Part shown: positions 62,241 to 64,000 of the stretch, piece by piece
How the letters are laid out: every line of letters begins with the position of its first letter
How positions within the stretch are numbered: position 1 is the stretch's first letter
Source of the DNA: Paraspadella gotoi
Taxonomy: Eukaryota > Animalia > Chaetognatha
Direction of reading: 5' to 3'
DNA length: 64,000 bases
Assembly: GCA_051294375.1 (NCBI GenBank)
Contig: JBJCIZ010000028.1
Span: 1,687,479-1,751,478, forward strand
Translations under genes and position numbers: made by a program
The notes under the pieces: model-generated
Databases searched by the model: none
Told to the model about the DNA's origin: nothing
What the model saw: only the letters and a program-made list of their open reading frames with translations

Positions 62241-63728
62241 TATATCAAGTATTTGGTTATAAGATTAGGTTTAAAATTAACTTCGGGGACAAAAAAAAAT
62301 AGAAACCAGTCACTTTCAAAAAAGTACGCTGCCCTTCCTCTCCCTTGCTCTCCACACCCTTCACCTTCAAACCAAACCCCAACCCCTCTTCCACAACCCT
62401 CCCCCCCGCAATTCCCTTCCTTCCACCCGCACGCCCGACTGCCAACCCCCTCCACAGCCCAAATCCCCAACGAAGTCTTCGGCATCTTCAAGGTCGGCCT
62501 CCTTCTGCCGGAGAAGACGCGGACGACGGGTTCCAACGGCGGGAGGATGTCGTCGTCGTCGTCCTTTGGTTCCTCCTCCTCCTCATTCTTCAATCGCAGA
62601 GTTCTTCCGTTGAGGAGAATCGACTTCGACCAAAGTTTATCCCGAGGAGATTGGAAAACGAAATCAGAAACTGTGAGGATTTTTTTGTCGTCGTTGTTGT
62701 TCTTATTGTTGTTGTCGTTGAAAAATTTACTGTCGTAGCTGTTGATATGGCTCTTGTTCTGATTGTCATGATTTGTATTGCCAAAATCGTAGTTATGATT
62801 ACTATTATTATTATTGTAGTTATTGCTATTGCTCGGAATATCCTTGTTCTTGCCGTGGACATTATTGTCGTAATGATTGTTGATATTGTTATTATAGTTG
62901 TCATTGCTTTCATCAATATTATCATCCTCCCGTCCGTACAAAAACTTCAGCCCAACGATCGCCTCTTCCTCCAACAAATTCAACCCGTACACAACGATGA
63001 CTCCTTTCCTTCGTCCGCAATGAGCGTACAACCGAACTTTTCTTTCTTCCTCCTGCTTAACTCTCAAAACTTCTTTCCCAACCGTCCGCTTGAAAACCAC
63101 GGACACCCAATAATCCGGACGAGGTGTGTACTTTTCACTCCCTTCCAACAGTCCGTACTGTCCGTGCCAGAGGGTCTCTCGCGCCACGAGGCTGACGCCC
63201 AGCGCCGCCGCGGTGCCGAGCTCGTCGAGCCAGAGGAACCTGCGGATTGAAGGCGCCGAGTAGGTCGAAGACTACGATAAGTAACGGTAATGTAACAAAC
63301 CCGTCGACGAAGCGATCCGACAATCCGCAGGCGCCGCCGCCGGACGCCGAGGCCGTCTCGGTCAGCCAAACCGGCGTTCCCGGCGCCAGCGAGTCTCGGA
63401 CGCCGAGAACGCGCCGGATTCGTCCGCCGACGGTGTCCATGATGGAGGGAGAGAGGAATTGAGAGAGAGTGGCGTCTCGTCCGTGGAGAGAGTAATGATG
63501 GAAAGAGACGACGTCGACGGGGAGTAGTGGTGGCCATGCCCAGCGGTGGCGAGGCAGGAGAGATGGAAGCTGTCGGGCCTGACGCGGGTTTGAGCTTTAT
63601 TGAAGGATGATCGCGGGGGGAAGGTAGTAGTTTGAAGAGGGGCGGCGGAAGGGGGGGTGAAGATTAGGATGTATTAGTTTGGAAAGAGGTGGGAAGAAGA
63701 ACGTTCTCTTCTCTTTTTGGACAAACCG

Positions 63729-63798
<70 letters not shown>

Positions 63799-64000
63799 TT
63801 TCAAACTACGTCAATACTCAATCATTCAACAAAAACCATCAATCAATCAAATCAGATCGACGCATCTCTCCTCCTCTTTTCTTTCTCCCTCTCACAAACT
63901 TCTCTCGCTCTCCCCACCCTCTCTCCCCCTTTCTCCCTCTCACCTCGTTCCCTTCTTCCCCACTGGCCTTCGTGACGTCCGGCCCGATTAACTTGGCTCC
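62240..64000 (-). CDS. HPSE: Heparanase-like protein (GH79), 3' exons; gene starts beyond the window
   Basis: GAKLIGPDV (~63970-64000), VDVVSFHHYSLHGRDATLSQFLSP, PVWLTETASASGGGA..SDRFVDG, a 61-nt GT-AG intron at 63240-63300, FLWLDELG..ARETLWHGQYGLL..PRPDYWVSVVFKRTVG..RLYAHC, and terminal MPKTSLGIWAVEGVGSRAC. All are colinear with heparanase motifs; the nucleophile Glu (WLxE) is retained. Confidence 0.92.

Overview
AT-rich, microsatellite-laden animal (invertebrate) genomic scaffold with many N gaps and noisy, indel-rich stretches; not prokaryotic. The main feature is a ~2.27-kb tandem array (~11.95-18.17 kb). Each unit carries one metazoan 5S rRNA gene on the - strand and three small structured RNA genes on the + strand that look like spliced-leader (SL) RNA genes. 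Two are near-identical 'SL-A' copies whose 34-nt exon (AAGCTTATAATTGAGTAGTTTCAATTTGTTTAAA|GTATGT) resembles, from memory, the chaetognath spliced leader. The third is a strongly divergent 'SL-B' class that keeps the exon length, donor site, three hairpins (with compensatory changes) and an upstream promoter-like box. Protein-coding content: a spliced M14B carboxypeptidase-like gene that has lost zinc-binding and catalytic residues (-), an intronless ORF with a His/Cys papain-like domain plus a partial tandem paralog (+), a large secreted low-complexity proteoglycan/mucin-like gene (-), and the 3' part of a heparanase (GH79) gene (-). Also present are tRNA-derived SINEs, a CCA-ended tRNA-Leu fragment, minisatellites and probable assembly-derived noisy duplications.
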